Source: Catajapyx aquilonaris (Eukaryota). From it: 35,579 bases of DNA. The notes beneath the pieces are model-generated. The model searched no databases. It saw only the letters and a list, made by a program, of their open reading frames with translations, and had not been told where the DNA came from. Location: positions 1 through 35,579 of the forward strand of contig JYFJ02004014.1 in the NCBI GenBank assembly GCA_000934665.2, written 5' to 3'. The translations under genes and the position numbers were made by a program. Shown here piece after piece: positions 34,985 to 35,579 of this stretch. Within the stretch, counting starts at the first letter, position 1; each line of letters opens with the position of its first letter.

Positions 34985-35387
34985 CGATAGAGACTGGATG
35001 TAATGGCGGCGAATAGCTTGTTATGCATTGAACATGGGGTATTAATTCCAAGCAATGAATGGCTGCAGCAATGCATTCATGCACTAATTGGCGAAGTGTC
35101 GATGCGGTATTTGCATATACTGTCAATGAAAACAATGCGATATCAGTAAACCAATCGGATAATAATTGTTTCTTAATACTGTGGTACAGGCAGACTAAAA
35201 AGAGCAGACTTGACGAGGACTCTGTATGTTCTTAGGTAATATGTAATTGGTCCAGAAAGATGATTATGAGATGGCAGATGGCATATCAACGTATGCTTGA
35301 CATATGTTTAACACATATTTGGGGTTGTCACTGAAACGTGTACAGACCACGGTTCCATATCATAATTCCGTCGGAATATTGGTCGGC

Positions 35388-35579
35388 TCAACTTCGCGTG
35401 AAACGGATCACACTGTCTCTATGGAATAATGTATTCCGGTAGCTCGGGATCCTGAAATAATGACAGGAGTACATTATGTAATGACTGACAGTATCACGCA
35501 ACACTGTTCGAGTATCTTCATTAATTACCTCTAGAAGTAAGGAAAAACGTTGATTACGTAGTAGTAATTAGTGTAGGAA
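35388..35579 (-). pseudogene. GPCR copy 18, 3' end only (exon 4 end 35579-35529, exon 5 from 35451); probable pseudogene
   Basis: Reads YYYVINVFPYF*R with a TAG at 35531-35533. Exon 5 (RIPSYRN...) carries small deletions. The array continues beyond the window. Confidence 0.75.

Overview
Eukaryotic (probably invertebrate animal) genomic DNA, not prokaryotic. Almost the whole window is a head-to-tail array, on the minus strand, of 18 copies of one five-exon rhodopsin-class (class A) GPCR gene. The N-terminal half resembles Tre1/Moody/GPR84-type receptors. I rebuilt the exons by hand from GT-AG sites: 11 copies look intact (about 350 aa) and 7 are disrupted or truncated. The receptors share a conserved four-cysteine N-terminal module, lack the canonical DRY, CWxP and NPxxY motifs, and vary most in TM3, ECL2 and TM5. 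They show mosaic (gene-conversion-like) relationships, so they are a candidate lineage-specific chemosensory or other ligand-scanning repertoire evolving by birth and death. Also embedded: two tRNA-Gly(CCC) genes and one pseudo-tRNA, a full-length 4.65 kb LINE with a TSD whose ORF1 and ORF2 share one reading frame, two MITEs, Helitron-like fragments, a candidate composite SINE and short tandem repeats. No database searches were run; family assignments rest on motif recognition.
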